A stretch of DNA of 64,000 bases from Trichoplax adhaerens (Eukaryota; Animalia; Placozoa). The notes beneath the pieces were generated by a model, which had not been told where the DNA came from, did no database searches, and saw nothing but the letters and a program-made list of their open reading frames with translations. Positions 40,915 through 55,475 of this stretch are shown here, piece by piece. Each line of letters begins with the position of its first letter. Position 1 is the stretch's first letter. Both the position numbers and the translations under genes were made by a program. The DNA is taken from assembly GCF_000150275.1 (NCBI RefSeq), contig NW_002060972.1:62001-126000 (forward strand), read 5' to 3'.

Positions 40915-41408
40915 TGTTAGTTCAGTCGCGCGATCGTTGTTGAGCTAAGCTGATTGAATTTAGATTTGTTGCGTCGCTAGCCTAGAATTGCTTACCTAGC
41001 TGGTAGGTGAAGCTGCGAGCCTAGGGCCGAGCCTGATTGGCTCTAAAAGGCCCAATGACTAATCAGAAGGACGAAAACAAGAGATAGCTAGCAGCGGCAA
41101 AAGCTTATAGTAAAATGATAATAAATGATAGTTCCCGTATGGAAATTTGTCTGTAAGAAACTTATTCAAAACATGTTAACAAATAGATCAGACCCGAATA
41201 GTATAAAAAGGGTCTTTAAGAGAGCTAAGGCAGCCTCTCAGTTTTGCTACATCAAGAGTACGAGACAGTGTTCTACGATAGATTATAGACTATTTTTATT
41301 GCTAATACCTAAGAACCTTTTATTAGTGTCATAAAGTTATTTTTATCCAATGGCGTTCAATCTCGATATTACTGTGAACAGTAGTAAAAGATTAGGTTAG
41401 GAGTAACA
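40915..41408 (+). mobile_element. Solo-LTR-like element (~494 bp)
   Basis: Begins TGTTA, ends TAACA; internal tataaaaa box then tcagtt; more GC-rich than flanks. TSD not clean. Confidence 0.4.
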
Positions 41409-42799
41409 ATTATGACAATGTACTTTACCTATTTTGCAGCCAATTTACTGCATTGTTACGTCACACCTTAAGTTGCTTTTTGTTATCTTATATAAATTTA
41501 AATTTAACTAGTTCTAGCTTTCTACTTTCTACTTTCGCTTCCTTATGGGCTAGTATCATCATCAGGCAAAAGTCAAACGTAGAATTTAGAAATATTACGG
41601 CAAAGGTGAATACGGCAGTCTTCCTCTTGACCATTTTAAACTTAATTTCATTTATCCTACAAACTGGATGTAATAATCCTTTCCATTCTTATTGACTATT
41701 TTATCTCGAACCTTAATAGCAGAAGGCTATAGAATTTATTATTAATTAAAAAAATCAAAGATTTTTATCAATTGATAAGCGAGGAACCAACAGGTACAAA
41801 TAAACAATGTTATCCACTGAAAGGATTTTTGTAATCTGAACTAACCAAATCCTTCTTACACTCAACTTCTTGTATTTTTATTTTACGTGTAAAGAGTGGG
41901 CGATTAAATCAGGTAAATGCCGTTAAATTATTCCGCAAAGATAATCCAATAATTTTATTTTTTGCGGTCATTTTATCATCATAATATTATGAAGGTTAAT
42001 ATTGTATTGCTTCCTCACAGTATTTTATTCCTCTCTAATGAACAAAGTAGTTCTTCTAATATAATCAATTTTAAGCTTTATAATTCAATCTAACTTTCTA
42101 TACTACTAAAGTTTGAATTAATGAAAGGAATCTAATTAAACACGTATAAAAGTAATATGCATAACGGTAAATCTGTGGCTAAAAGTAAAATTTACACATG
42201 AGATTCTTCAACTTTAAGGATTACGCTAAAAAAGTGATTTAAAAATAATACGGCGGTAATTCATGCCTTCATTTACAAACTTGTTGATTGTTAATCTTTC
42301 TGATGGTGGTCTCATTGAAGTGAAGTAGTATTATATTGCATTACCACTAACACCTAATAGTGACTTTATTGAAATAAAATAATTTAATTTTGCTATGCAC
42401 GCTTCTATCATTTTTGCATGATACCTTAACCTATAAGAGTATTCTCTATAATGATGCACATTTATTTTGATTCTCCTTTTACTTAAGCCAAACTATGATT
42501 TTATATAAAAATATCTGGTATCAGCTTGAGATAACATTGCGATAGAAACACCAAGTTTCAGTCTCTACTGAAACACCCTAACACAGTGAATAAGTGACAG
42601 AATAATACATAGGTCATAGTATGAGAAAATTTGTTAAGTCGTGCTTTTAATATCATTCCAATTTTCTGAAATTAGCATCTATTTCAGGTCGATTTCTAGT
42701 TTCAGTGATTGCATATGGATATAAAATTTTGAATGATTTCGTTTTCTATCTTGGATATTTCTCAATTTAGGATCATGATTAGGGCTTTCATTTTATAAA

Positions 42800-45700
42800 A
42801 TGGTTTTAAGTAAACACATCATCGATGTCATTGAGCAAGAATATCCTATTATAATTGGTGATATTCCATTGCTAGATATTTTGTACAATCTACGAAGCAA
42901 AGGCATAATTTCTGATGAGGAAGTCGATATACTCAAAGTTCGTGACCTGAATAATAAAGCTAGAATCTACGAATTTTTGAAAATTTTGAAAACTAGGCGC
43001 GACGACGATTTCTATGAATTCTGTTCCTTACTCAAGGAAAGTCCAGTACGCCATATATCAGAGATTGGCCAAAAATTAGAGATTCAAGTCAAGAATTCGA
43101 AAAAAAATGGTAATTCGATCAATATTCAATTGCGATGGAATATGCAGCATTCGTTCTTATAGATTCCGTTCTCATGCTGAGTCTATCAGAGATATTGTAT
43201 CTAACTCACCTTTATTCACTATAGGATTCTTAGGCACTACTCAGCTGGTGCTAAATGAAGAAACAATTGGTAATTCTATTTGATATAATTTTTGTCTTTA
43301 GATTCAAAATAAATTTGAGTTTTATTGAAATATCTTTAAAAATATTCCAATGATATTTAACGGCATATTGTATACAAATTCAGAACATCCAGCAATTCAA
43401 ATTCAAGGAAATGGAAACCAATGCCAAGCTAAAAAAAGTAATTATGATTGCACTTTAAAAAGAGAAGTTATAAAAGATGCATAGCTTGAACCTTGTTTTA
43501 AGAAATCCTTAACTCAGATTTCTCTTAACTTTATTACTAATTATTAAGAATGGAAATTATCTATTAGAATTTAAAACGAAGAAGAACTCTATTGCTTTTC
43601 TTTTCATATTCAAAGGGTAGATAATATAAAATTCATTTTTTTACGATTAGAAAAATTGATTTCAAGTCCCATCCGCTCCATAACAAATAAATTGTTCGGC
43701 AAAATGGCTTCACCACTTACACCATCGCCTTCAACCGGTATATTTTCTTGTGTTCTAAAGTTTTATTGGATATTGAACTGGCTTTTATTTACAGTATGAG
43801 TTCATGCTTCTCTAGCTGTTTCTTAGTTTTGAATTATAGCTACGTAGATTTTTTCCTTTCTTCATTAATATAATGATAAAGCAATTATAGAAACATTAAT
43901 AAGGATAACTCTAATTTTACTTTATTAGAAATTCCACTTCGAAATCTTCCTCCAACACCAACTAGTCACTATGTTGTCAGAAAAGAAATTATAGATATTA
44001 TTTGCGATCAATTGAAGATCATCGATAAATCATCTGGACATATATTAGTTCATGGTATGGCTGGCAGCGGTAAAACAATTTCTGTTTGCCAGTCCGTAAA
44101 GCAAGCTGCCAATATGGGCTGGTTTAAATCGAATGGTTATTACTGGATAAAAATTGGTAAATTATTAATTATCAATAAATTCTTTTAAAACTGTGATAAA
44201 ATATCGGCATAATTTCCTTTAAATATTATTTTTAACTATAAATATAGAGAGTATGCAAAAGTAAAATAAATAAATAGAAATCGTTGGTAGTTGAAATTAA
44301 AAATTTTCGAATTACATTGCACGACTTATGTATGACGGATAGCTAGATTGGAGGTGATAATTTAGTATTTAAGTCTTAATTTCATTTAATACATGTAGGA
44401 AATATCACAAACAGCGAATTATTCAATCAACTCAAGATATTAGGTATTAGCCTTGGGATGGAATGGAAACCATATATTCAATCAGCCGGAGAAATTTGCG
44501 CTGGTCTCAGCAATTACTTAAAAGGTTATTATCAGCCTTCATTACGAATAATCTATTTTGAACGTGTTATATGTACCGTGTTCAAATAAAATTTTCATTA
44601 CCGTCCTACATTTCTTAAAGCAAACAGCCGAATATCCGACACACTTTTCATTTTCGATGATATCTGGATAGAGGATCACTATCAATATTTAACCTTCGCT
44701 AAAAAGTCAATTGCCACTTCACGATTTCTATTTTCTGAAATTGAGCTCAATCATTACTGCATCCATTTGCCGGTTCGCTTTCGCTTACTGATATAGTTAT
44801 TAATTATTTATTGCTATATGATATTATTAAAACAATACGACAGCTGATATTTTAATTAGTAGCATGATCTGTGTACTTTCATTCAAGATTTGTATATGTT
44901 ATACCTGAAGAGGATTTAGATAAATATGATACAGCTCTAGCCATTCTATCAGTTTTCCTTTCCTTAATTTGCCAATAATTAATTCGCTTTATATGTTATA
45001 AGTTATGAATATTGACCACAACTGATATTTTATTCCTTAAAATTTACTATTTGCAGTTTGACTTAATGCTTAATTCTATCATTATTTAGTATCAAACATT
45101 TTGTTAACATGAGCATTACTCATTTTATATTCTGCATAAAATATAGGAGAAGTTAACTTATGATGAAGCTATAGAGTTACTAGCGTTACATCGAAATGAT
45201 CATGACGCTCAGATTCTACGCAATAATGAAGTAGTCAAAAATGTCATAGAGAGTTGTGCAGGCTTACCATTAGCGATCAACTTGATTGGAGGTTTGCAAT
45301 TGCAGGCAGATGAAGCATGGAAGGAAGCAATGGCTATCATAGCCGATAAATCTATGCAAATTCAATTAGCGAATTACAGTTTTAATTTATACGGAACATT
45401 AGAATTAAGTGCTAATTCATTAAAAAACGGGAAAAAAGAATTATTTCAAGATCTAGCTGTATTTAAGCCAGCAGATATTCCTACAGAAGCGATTTCAACC
45501 TTATGGAATCTCAGCCATCAGAAAACCAACAGTATCTTAATGGAAATGAATAATAAATCATTATTAAGATACATTACAGGAGCCAGGTGAGTGCAATTTC
45601 TATAGTATTGGTTGTTGCATTCATGTTAGAATGAAATGAAATTACTTAAGCCACATTTAAAGGGCTGTCAATATTGCTAATATTTGTAAAAATTTAACAT

Positions 45701-48700
45701 CTCAATACTTCTTAAAACTAATTTAAAGAATTAAAATAATACTTGCAAGTATCCTAAAATCCGTTGCGCAATATTATTTTACTTTCCGTTGGTAAGCTAT
45801 TGCTTTACTTTATAAGCTTTTTTAATGCATAAGAAGTTCTTAGGAAGCGGTTCTAATATTTTCGAAGGGCTGATACTAAGCATGAAATAAAAGGAAATTT
45901 TTACATTTTTTAAATCGATCTTTCCATTCAAATCAAATATCTTTTATTATTAATTGATCGCCACTCTATGCTTATTGTTTCATGAATAAGTGTATACTTT
46001 CAATAGTATCCTATAAATGTGGTGAATATTATTAATAAGCGTCACTGTCAACGAATTCAAACGATTTTGATATCTGATACTGTTACTTGTATAGCCTGAA
46101 CTTCCTTACAATCTCTATATTTGTAGTCTTAATCGATTCCATGTTGTCCATTTTTCAAGGTGTTACTGCAATATACATGACTTAATGATTGACTACCTAC
46201 ACCGAAGAATAAATGCGCAGACATCCAATCAGGATGGTCTTCGAAATCTAAATAACAAATTAATTGATGGTTACCGTACCAAATGTAATGGCGAATGGAG
46301 TACCATTCCTGACGATGGATATTTTTATCAAAACATTATTCACCATGCTATTGTAGCTGAAAACGATGAATACCTGGAAAATTTTATGACTGATTTAAAT
46401 TGGATGACAAGAAAAATTAGATCAGACAAGACAATCTATAAGCTTGCCTGCGATTTAGGAAATTACATCAATTACAAGCAAAAAAAAGAGGTCCTAGTAT
46501 GTTGTCGAATCAATTAAGTATTTTTATGAAATTATTATCTTGTTATCATTTTCCATTAGCTAGTATAGTAAATGCTACAGGAAAAGCTAATATTTTATCC
46601 ATTAATTGCAACTATTAGTAAAAGCTAAATAATTTACAGGCAAATTTTTCTGGATATCTAAAGATAATTATAATAAATTTATTGTACGGAATTATTTTCG
46701 TATCGATGTGCGAGTGAATAAGATATCTGAAATAAATTTTAGATTCATTGTAAAAGCCCATTAAATTTTCTAGAAATTGATATAATTTGATTGCTACTAC
46801 ATAAATTGCTTTCTAAGCACCAATTTAATGTAGTTTTATACGTTACTAATGTGAGTGTTCTGTTATGTTAAAATTTGAAAACTCAAGAACGGAAAGGATT
46901 TTAATGGACTACTTATGTTCCTGAAACAGCAACAAGCGTGGCTGGAGGCAAATGATGCTGATGTAATACAACTTCTTTTATGGTTCGATATGACAGACAG
47001 CAGAACGAGGCAAAGAGCTATACAGTTGGCTCGAAGTGCAGGAAATCATAGCAGCAACTTCATTCATTGGACAATAGCATCGTAAGTATTTTAGACCTTA
47101 TTTTTAAAACTGCTAGACAGAAACTGCATTGTTCAATCTTCAAATTTTGGTTTACTGGACTATCAACAGCTATTCAACTACTGCTACAATCGAATACACT
47201 TATGATGCATGTAAAGGATTTGGTAAAAATGAATGGGATGACCATATTTCACTTTCGAGACCTCAATTCGATCATTTACGAATCATTGTTACTGAAAATA
47301 ATAAGACTCCAGACTGCGAAATTTTGGTACGTTAGTAGGACTGTATACAGCGATTGCATACATTAGCAAAATTAAAATATCGATATGTCCCGTGGTTTCT
47401 TTAGAAATAGTAGTACTAAATTATTTCGTAGCTATAAAATTTCAGTTTTTGTGTTGAGATTAAGTTAATGCTAAACTTACTAATAAATTTGTGTTAGTGT
47501 ACGGAAATGAGTACAATTAATTAAATAGTTACAGATTGTAGCATACGGGTTCTTAACCCTTCTATCACTGTATTGCTTATATAAAACTACAGTAATTAGC
47601 TGAAATCACTACACAGCTATAAACCAAAAAAGTCTTACTTTTAATTTCCGAACTTCCGTAAGTGTGCACGCTCACCAGTATAACAAATACTAATATCTGG
47701 CATCGTTTTAGTCCGTCAATGAAATAATATGACTCTATAATTATTTTTAAATTAATCGCCGCGATAGATGTTATAGAAACGTTATGCCCATTACAAACAT
47801 TACCAAATTGAAGCCATTTATTTTTAATGCAGTACTAAATAACATTATAGTAAACGATTTTTACAATCAACAATGGCAACTCATCAATAGGAAATGATGA
47901 ATTACGAAGGAATCAAGAAGTGTTATTATAATTTTAGACTACTGATATAAAGCACGCCACTGATATGAAATAATTCAAAGACTGTACCATAATTTGCTGA
48001 ATAATTCTCTTAATAGATCAAAGACTATGAAAGATGCAATATTATAAATCGGATCCGTCCTCCAGAACCTACCATGTGCATTACAAGGATTCAAATTTCA
48101 GCAGACGGTTATTCTGCGGCTTTTCAAATTTTCTATGAGGTAATTCATAAGTATACTCAATCTGATTTCATATCCCAGTGACAAAAGCATTTACTTAATG
48201 TATAATAGCTAGTATTCGATTATATGAAGGTTGATCTAGTATCTGTTATTCTATGCTTCTAATAAATGGCCGAGATTTGCCGTTAACCTAAATTGATAAT
48301 TTCACTAATTCTATAAATGTAAATAATAGTAAGCATTCATTTACTCTTAATTTAAAATGCCTTCTTTTATTGCTATAATGGTGCATTCAGTCAATCTGAA
48401 AGAGATTAAAATTTGAAATATACTTTATAAACAGCAGTCATTTTTCTCGCGCAGCTTTAAACGAATTTATCCATGCATTTATTTCTTAGGAATGGATTGT
48501 CTATAATATTGACAAGAAAGAGCAAATAAACTTCATCAATAGCGATGAACGGGAACAATATCGAAATATATTTTCGTCATTGCAGTTCTGTCCGGTGATA
48601 GACAAAAGTTACGTGATCATGACACTTTCCTACGACCATCGCAGAGTTAAAGTAAGCACATTAGTTATCTTGAATTAGATTTATTAGTATAACTCGGAAG

Positions 48701-51700
48701 ACGAATAGATTAAAATCTTTGTTCTATTTAGCAATGATACTTACATGCACCTTTAGATTTGGGAGATTAAAGGCAGTCAAATACTTCCTGCTAACAAAGA
48801 AATATCATGCGATTATGAGATACATACTTGCCGATGGATAATGGCGCAAAACACTAGCCAAATCTTATTATGGTGGAGAAAATATAATCGGTTCTATCAA
48901 GAAAGTAAACTTACGGAATCAGAAAAGTACATGAATAAATGTCAAGTTGAAGTAAGTTACAGCAGTATTTATCAAATGCAATGTGGACGCAATTTATACA
49001 ATATGTTTAATAGATATTGAATATTTTTCGGTATATAAATTAATTCAATGTATAGATCTGGAGTTTGGATCCATGGTTATGCCAGATGTCAGTAACCTTG
49101 CCGACCATCGTCTACAATAAAACTACTTCTGATAATTATCTTGCTACAGCTGATATTGAAAATGGGCTGGCATTGCAATACATTAACTACATTAATAATA
49201 ATGGTGCATTTATAATTTTGGTGTACTCCTTCGATGGAAAATACTCTAATTATAGTAGTGTAGTCGGCTTATTAAAAGTAGAAGACATTCTCGATGTCAA
49301 TACCTACATCAATGAATTTTCAAAACATTTTCAGCCAATATTTTACCCTACTGAATGTATTAGAAATATCTTTGTATCAGATAATCAGCAATTCATCGCT
49401 ATCAGTGATAAAAATACCGATGGGGTTAGTTTATGACTCTGTTATTCCCTTAATCGCTAATCTTTGTAAAATAGAGCAGTGGTATTTACCGTCAGATGCA
49501 TACGTATTGGTCATCGCACAACTAAAATTCGTTAACATGCATAGGTGATCGTTCTCGCTGTTACGAAGGGTCGCGTCCAATCTTATGCAATACTAAATCC
49601 ATCAGACTATAATCAAGCTACATTTATCCCTGGTACAAGTCGATTACTTGTTTATGACTGCCGAATAAAGCAGAGAATATATGAGTATAACTTACAAGGT
49701 ACGTTATTACGATATCAGTGTATGTGTAGGCAAAATGAAATTTTTAATTATAGTCACACCACCTTCATTCTTTGTCATTGGGTGGACCAAGGCCATAACA
49801 TTCACTGGCAAGATATAGGTTTCGCTAAAAGAGTTGAGAAATATGGCGACTTAAGTCATCGCCCAAAGAATAACGTAAAGATAATAGACTTAAGTATGGC
49901 TCACATTAACAACATTGCAGTTGCAGCTATGTTGACTAAGGATGACAGTGATAAATGCAAACTGCAGGTATATACATATTATCACCCTATAAACTATACA
50001 GTCTTATCACATTATATTTTTCTTATTCAACAATATTTGATACAATTTAATTTTTTTCTAAACATGAGTAGGTATACGATTATGAAGTAAAGAAGCGCAG
50101 AAGGAAGCTTCTGTACTCTATGAAGAACGACTATCAACGGTGTTTTTTATACGATGATTTTCAATCGGCTATCGTTATATGCTTTAAAGGTGATGAATCC
50201 AAGACTATTATCACGGAGGTAAATTCGACATTCGAAATATTATACCGATTATAGAGCATAGCCAATATACTGATTATAACTATGCAGAGTAATTGGTCAG
50301 TGATTTCTATGTTAGTCTACGAGCTCTACGTTACTGCTCTGCAGAGTGTTAATTTAATACAAACACAATCAATATTTGATAGATAGATAACTTTCTAAGA
50401 ATGGAAGATGGTCCGTTGCACAGGGAATTGCTAAATTACAGTCGACCACAATGTACCAATCTACTTGGAATAGAATCGAGATATAGAAATATAGATAATA
50501 CACTAATTTTTGTCATAGAATTTGAGGTATGCTACCGCTGATGATATTTTATAAGCTCTGTTATATCTTCCTCATTAAAATGAAATACGAAGCTAAGAAT
50601 TTTATGAATCATATACTTAATTATTTCTACTAGAATGATGACGGTTACAAGTCTATGATAATAATATCGATAGACCTCGCAACTGCAGATAACTTGATTT
50701 ATAAATCAGCCTGGAAACCTGAGAGCCCAAGAAAAATTTACATGGATGATAATTATCTTTATCTATGGCAGACAGAAAAACATCATGACGATGATAGATA
50801 TATTGACAGCATTAAGGTAATCAAAATTATTTCTGGAGCGATATCATATTATAATCAAGGTTCTGTTCAATTCATGTAACAAACGACTTCTCGACTAAAT
50901 GCGATATTCAATTTCTGATTTAAATTTTCTTGTAGCATAGTAGCTTATATTAATCTTTCGCATCTTTATTGTCTTATCTGATACTAACAAGTACAAATAC
51001 ATTTCATTAATAAATTCTGTATCTAAATAAATTTACTTTTAGTGCTACAAATTTGGAGGCAATAAACAGCAAACCCAATTACTACAAATGGATCTATTTG
51101 ATAAGAAGAAAGGATTAATATGTAAAGTAAATATAAATGCTAATGGAAACGGTAGAGATCCTTTGATTAAATATTCGCCGAAATATAAGGAGGAAGATTT
51201 CTTCATTGCAATTTGGGGAGAAAAAGATACCAACCTAATTGTATGTCTTATTTGAAACATTTACAGACCTAGATAAATATCATTATAGACTTGATTTGAA
51301 GAATGATATTATTCAATTGATAAATTGTTCTATGGAATTGTTTATTTCGTCAATAATTAACTGTGCTTTGAATTTTAAAAACTTGAAGCGAAACTACTTG
51401 GATAATGACAATATCATCTTTCTATTAGAAAAAGGACATCATTTAGCTGTAAGAAATAAAAATAATTTGATATTCGTCTTTAACTTTATTGTCTTATGAT
51501 GTGTTGTTGATAAACCGCAATTATATGCCTATAGATATTTAATAAGGAATCAAGGATATTGCTGAAAAGATACAAAGACAAATTTAAAAAATTCGATTTT
51601 GAAGCTTATACCTTCAATGAAAGAAATTTATGGTCGGAACAGCTTTTCCTAGTGTATAACGTAAATCTTTCAAGTCTGCATATTTATAATGCTAAAACAT

Positions 51701-51837
51701 TGCAACTTCTAAAGAATCTGCCATTTCCACACTTCAAAATACGTGATATGAAGTGGAATCATCAGCAGTCCTCGTTCTTCGTTAGCAATCGACGCAATAA
51801 ATATTGCTTAATCAAGCAGGTTTCAAGCTATAAATAA
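42800..51837 (+). CDS. APAF-1-like CARD-NB-ARC-WD40 protein, copy 3 (multi-exon, apparently intact)
   Basis: CARD exon 42800-43109; VHGMAGSGKT; LFIFDDIW; ATSR; CAGLPLAI; IHDL. Exon structure closely parallels copy 2; stop at 51837. Confidence 0.92.
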
Positions 51838-53071
51838 CAGGATTAGCGTTTTATAATGCTCTTATCCGCAGAATGAATTGAAAGAGTATGAAATAATGTT
51901 TACTCTTATAAGTTACATATATTGGCTATAATTTAATTTATCTATGCTATATAATTGTGTATGCTAGGACTAGATTTCATATTTTTCTGATTCGTAGTAA
52001 ATGCAATCCTGGGTATTCTGTGTTAATATTAGTTTTCTGTTATCGTTCTATTGCTATATATTATACTTTACCTATAGGATGATTGAGACCTGGAATTTTA
52101 TCCGTTTTAGCTAAATATTAAAGATCTTTCAAAAGTAAAAGTCAATTTAATCATATAGTTGAAGTATGATTACAACTGTGCCGTTCACTATATAGCATAC
52201 GTATGTGTACAAATTTTAGTAGTTATTAGGGTATCAATACCATATTTCTGTAATATGAGTCAGTATTAATACTTTACTTTAAATCACTTCACATTTAGTA
52301 ATTAAAGTACTTTTGCTAGAAAATCACTATAGTAACTGCGCACACTTACGATAACTTCGCTGTAATAGAGAGAGAAAAAATTAAAGTGGAAGAAGCTTCA
52401 CATATACATTAGTGAGAATAGAAGATCTGGATTATATCTAAAAGGGTTCGCGTTACTCAGAATTGATGATATTTTTCCCCATCATTTCTTATTTTGAAAA
52501 GGGGTATACATTAAAGTGAGATACTGCTCATTATTTCTGCTAACTTTAGCTTGCTCTAATCCGTAACCAGAATAAGATTTAACCTAAATTAGTTAAAAAA
52601 AAAAATCGTTTTAGCAGATGGCTAGGTAAGGTGTCTAAGCCTACTTTACGGATGCATTTTTTGGTATGAAAAGTATTTTTATAATGCAAATTGCGTCAAA
52701 GTTTTAATATATAAAAAGAAGCGAAGAAATGATGATAATACTTTGTAAGGGAGGGNNNNNNNNNNNNNNNNNNNNNNNNNNNNNNNNNNNNNNNNNNNNN
52801 NNNNNNNNNNNNNNNNNNNNNNNNNNNNNNNNNNNNNNNNNNNNNNNNNNNNNNNNNNNNNNNNNNNNNNNNNNNNNNNNNNNNNNNNNNNNNNNNNNNN
52901 NNNNNNNNNNNNNNNNNNNNNNNNNNNNNNNNNNNNNNNNNNNNNNNNNNNNNNNNNNNNNNNNNNNNNNNNNNNNNNNNNNNNNNNNNNNNNNNNNNNN
53001 NNNNNNNNNNNNNNNNNNNNNNNNNNNNNNNNNNNNNNNNNNNNNNNNNNNNNNNNNNNNNNNNTAAGATC

Positions 53072-53884
53072 TGTGATATTGCAGACTATAAATCAAGAGT
53101 AATCACTTAGGATTACTTTCTATTAGAACAAAGAAGCAAAGAGAGGAGTGTCACATATTACAAGTCTAAATAACATTCAAATAGGAATAGAGATAATATA
53201 TCGTAGGTTAAACCGGCTTCAGATTCAAGTCATGAAATGAGATTATGTAACTTTTAGAGTCTCTAGGGTAAGTTATTGTAATAAGTACTACTTCCAACCC
53301 AACAGGATCTAGTCACACAAGGAAATCTAGTCCTCCACGTAGCGGTTAAAAATAATTTATTATTTAAAATATTATTGTTGAATATTACAGTAGTAGAAAT
53401 TAAGTTAAAGCAATTACACACACAACTAGCTCAAGGCTGTCGACTCCTCTCCCACTCCAAGGAGTGGGCCTTTTATACATTTCTAGGAAGGATTATTGAT
53501 AAAAATGTTTACCCAAACCCTATTTAAGTCAATTCAAGTAATATCTTATTTTAACTTCCCTATATTACGCCTTATTCTAATTAATATTTAATATGGCTCT
53601 TGCAAATGCAAGATCCCAAGCTACGTACGATTGTCATCCCTTGCTTTGGGCCAATCATACCTTATTTACTGAGACATGCCAGTGCCGCTTATCTAGGCGC
53701 CATGCAGTCCCTCTTAACCATGCAACTAACATCCTTAGTACTATCCACTAATAATCCGCTAGGCCTATAACACCTAATAGGGTGCCTCAAATACCGCTAA
53801 CCTACTATCTTGACTATCTTATTTACCCGGGGCTCAACGTAATCTAGTTTTCCTACGTTTGTATACGGATTGTGATATTGCACA
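53072..53884 (-). mobile_element. Possible LTR-like element
   Basis: Bounded by TGTG...CACA with tgtgatattgca at both ends. Minus-strand tataaaagg (~53470) is followed by aataaa (~53358). No matching TSD. Confidence 0.3.
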
Positions 53885-54487
53885 AGCGTCGATTAAAGGA
53901 TAAGATTGATGCACCCTAGAAATTGCTGTTATGGTGATGCTTATATTATGATTCTGAGATTATCGAAATTTAGTCCATATGTACAATGCATAATTATACA
54001 ATGTCTATATGCATAAATTAGAATATTGAAGAATTTGTTATGGCAATTTAATTAAACACACAAGCTATTAATATATTCCACGACAGAAAATTTGGCTGTA
54101 GTATTGCGAATTCATTGGCAAGAGCAATACCACTAACTCGAAATTCTAGTTATTAAAATGAGCAAATTTCTAATGTGGCACATATAGGACAATACCGCTT
54201 TTAACCTTAAAATATATCATTTATCAATAGGCCGTTTATCAAAGTAGGATCCGCTTTTCTTTTCTTCACGACAGCAATTGAAAACGGATAAAAAGAGATT
54301 AACTAGATCGTCCACTTAAGACTCTAAAAAAATTCATGTAACTTATATTCAAAACACAATCAAACACTCCTTTCAGTACCTTGGACAGGAGTTGACAATA
54401 AGAATCATATTAGTACACATACAACTAAACTTTATGGTACATGGCTATCAGCTAGGCCCTTCTGTCTGCTGTATGTTTACAGTAGGT

Positions 54488-54992
54488 TGTCAAAAACCAT
54501 CATATTAGTATATGAAACTTAAGTTTACATGGTTATCAATAACGGCCTTTTATTAATTTATTATTAGTTTTTAATAATAGAGGTTATTAATTAATTATCT
54601 TATATGAAATCTTCAATGGCGATATTCATATTAATTCCTATAACTTTAGAAGGATAATTTTACTTTATGTGCACTAGGAGTTTCTGACGAGACTATAAAA
54701 GGCTGGCGCCTGAAGACCGCTTTTTAGTTAGTTAGTCGGTTAGTTAGTACACTAGTTTGTCAATTGCTATTAAATTGTGGAGACTATAATCTTGGTTGTC
54801 AAGATTTCTTCAGTAATAAATAGTAGTAAATCTCTGACTACCTCGTCTACATTATACTATAGACTATATTATTCGGTTGTTGGAACTGAATTATTTGGTA
54901 ATATAGCTAATCTGGTCTCTTTAAGTATGTAAGAGGCGTTCTTTATAAGCATTGGCGTATGTATACTACTTTGTCACTAGTGGTGTGTGACA
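54488..54992 (+). mobile_element. Solo LTR (~505 bp)
   Basis: TGTCA...TGACA ends with an imperfect 11-bp inverted repeat; tataaaag, ttagtt and aataaa in LTR order; 4-bp flanks aggt/agct. A second partial copy lies at 57561-57854. Confidence 0.7.
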
Positions 54993-55127
54993 AGCTTTTA
55001 GACTGAAAGATTGCAATTTTACTTAGTAATTTACTGACTAAAAAATTTTATGTACGCTTTCGAAACATAATGTTTATCATGTATTATTCTTACGCCTTAT
55101 ATCTATCACAGATCTAATCTTCAGTAC

Positions 55128-55475
55128 ATGTCCACCATGGATCTTCGGTCAATACGAGATCTGTATCCATGCATCAGCGATGTTATAGAAAACAATCTCC
55201 AAACCCTCTACTTAAAGATTTGCTTATCAGATATTATTAAACAATTATAATCTAACTATGCTATATGAAGAGATGAAGCGGAATGGATCACAAAGAATTA
55301 TCATCGTAATAGTGAGGAGATATTCGAGTTTATTCGAATACTGCGAACGATAAACGATGTTGAGTTTCTCCAAGTTATGTTTCGTACTTAAAGATTGCAA
55401 AGTTGAAGGTATCAGCAATATTGGCCAAATGTTAGAAAATCAAGCGAACACTACCTTAGACCTCTAGAATATATG
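55128..55475 (+). pseudogene. Orphan CARD exon pseudogene (APAF-1-like family)
   Basis: ISDVIENNLQTLYLKICLSDIIKQL*SNYAI*RDEAEWI..NSEEIFEFIRILRT..[frameshift]..LCFVLKDCKVEGISNIGQMLENQAN aligns end to end with the CARDs at 30853 and 42800. Two stops and one frameshift. Confidence 0.85.

Noticed and set aside
52704-53096. ORFs across the N run (also 14382-14621)
   Set aside because: Artefacts of assembly gaps.
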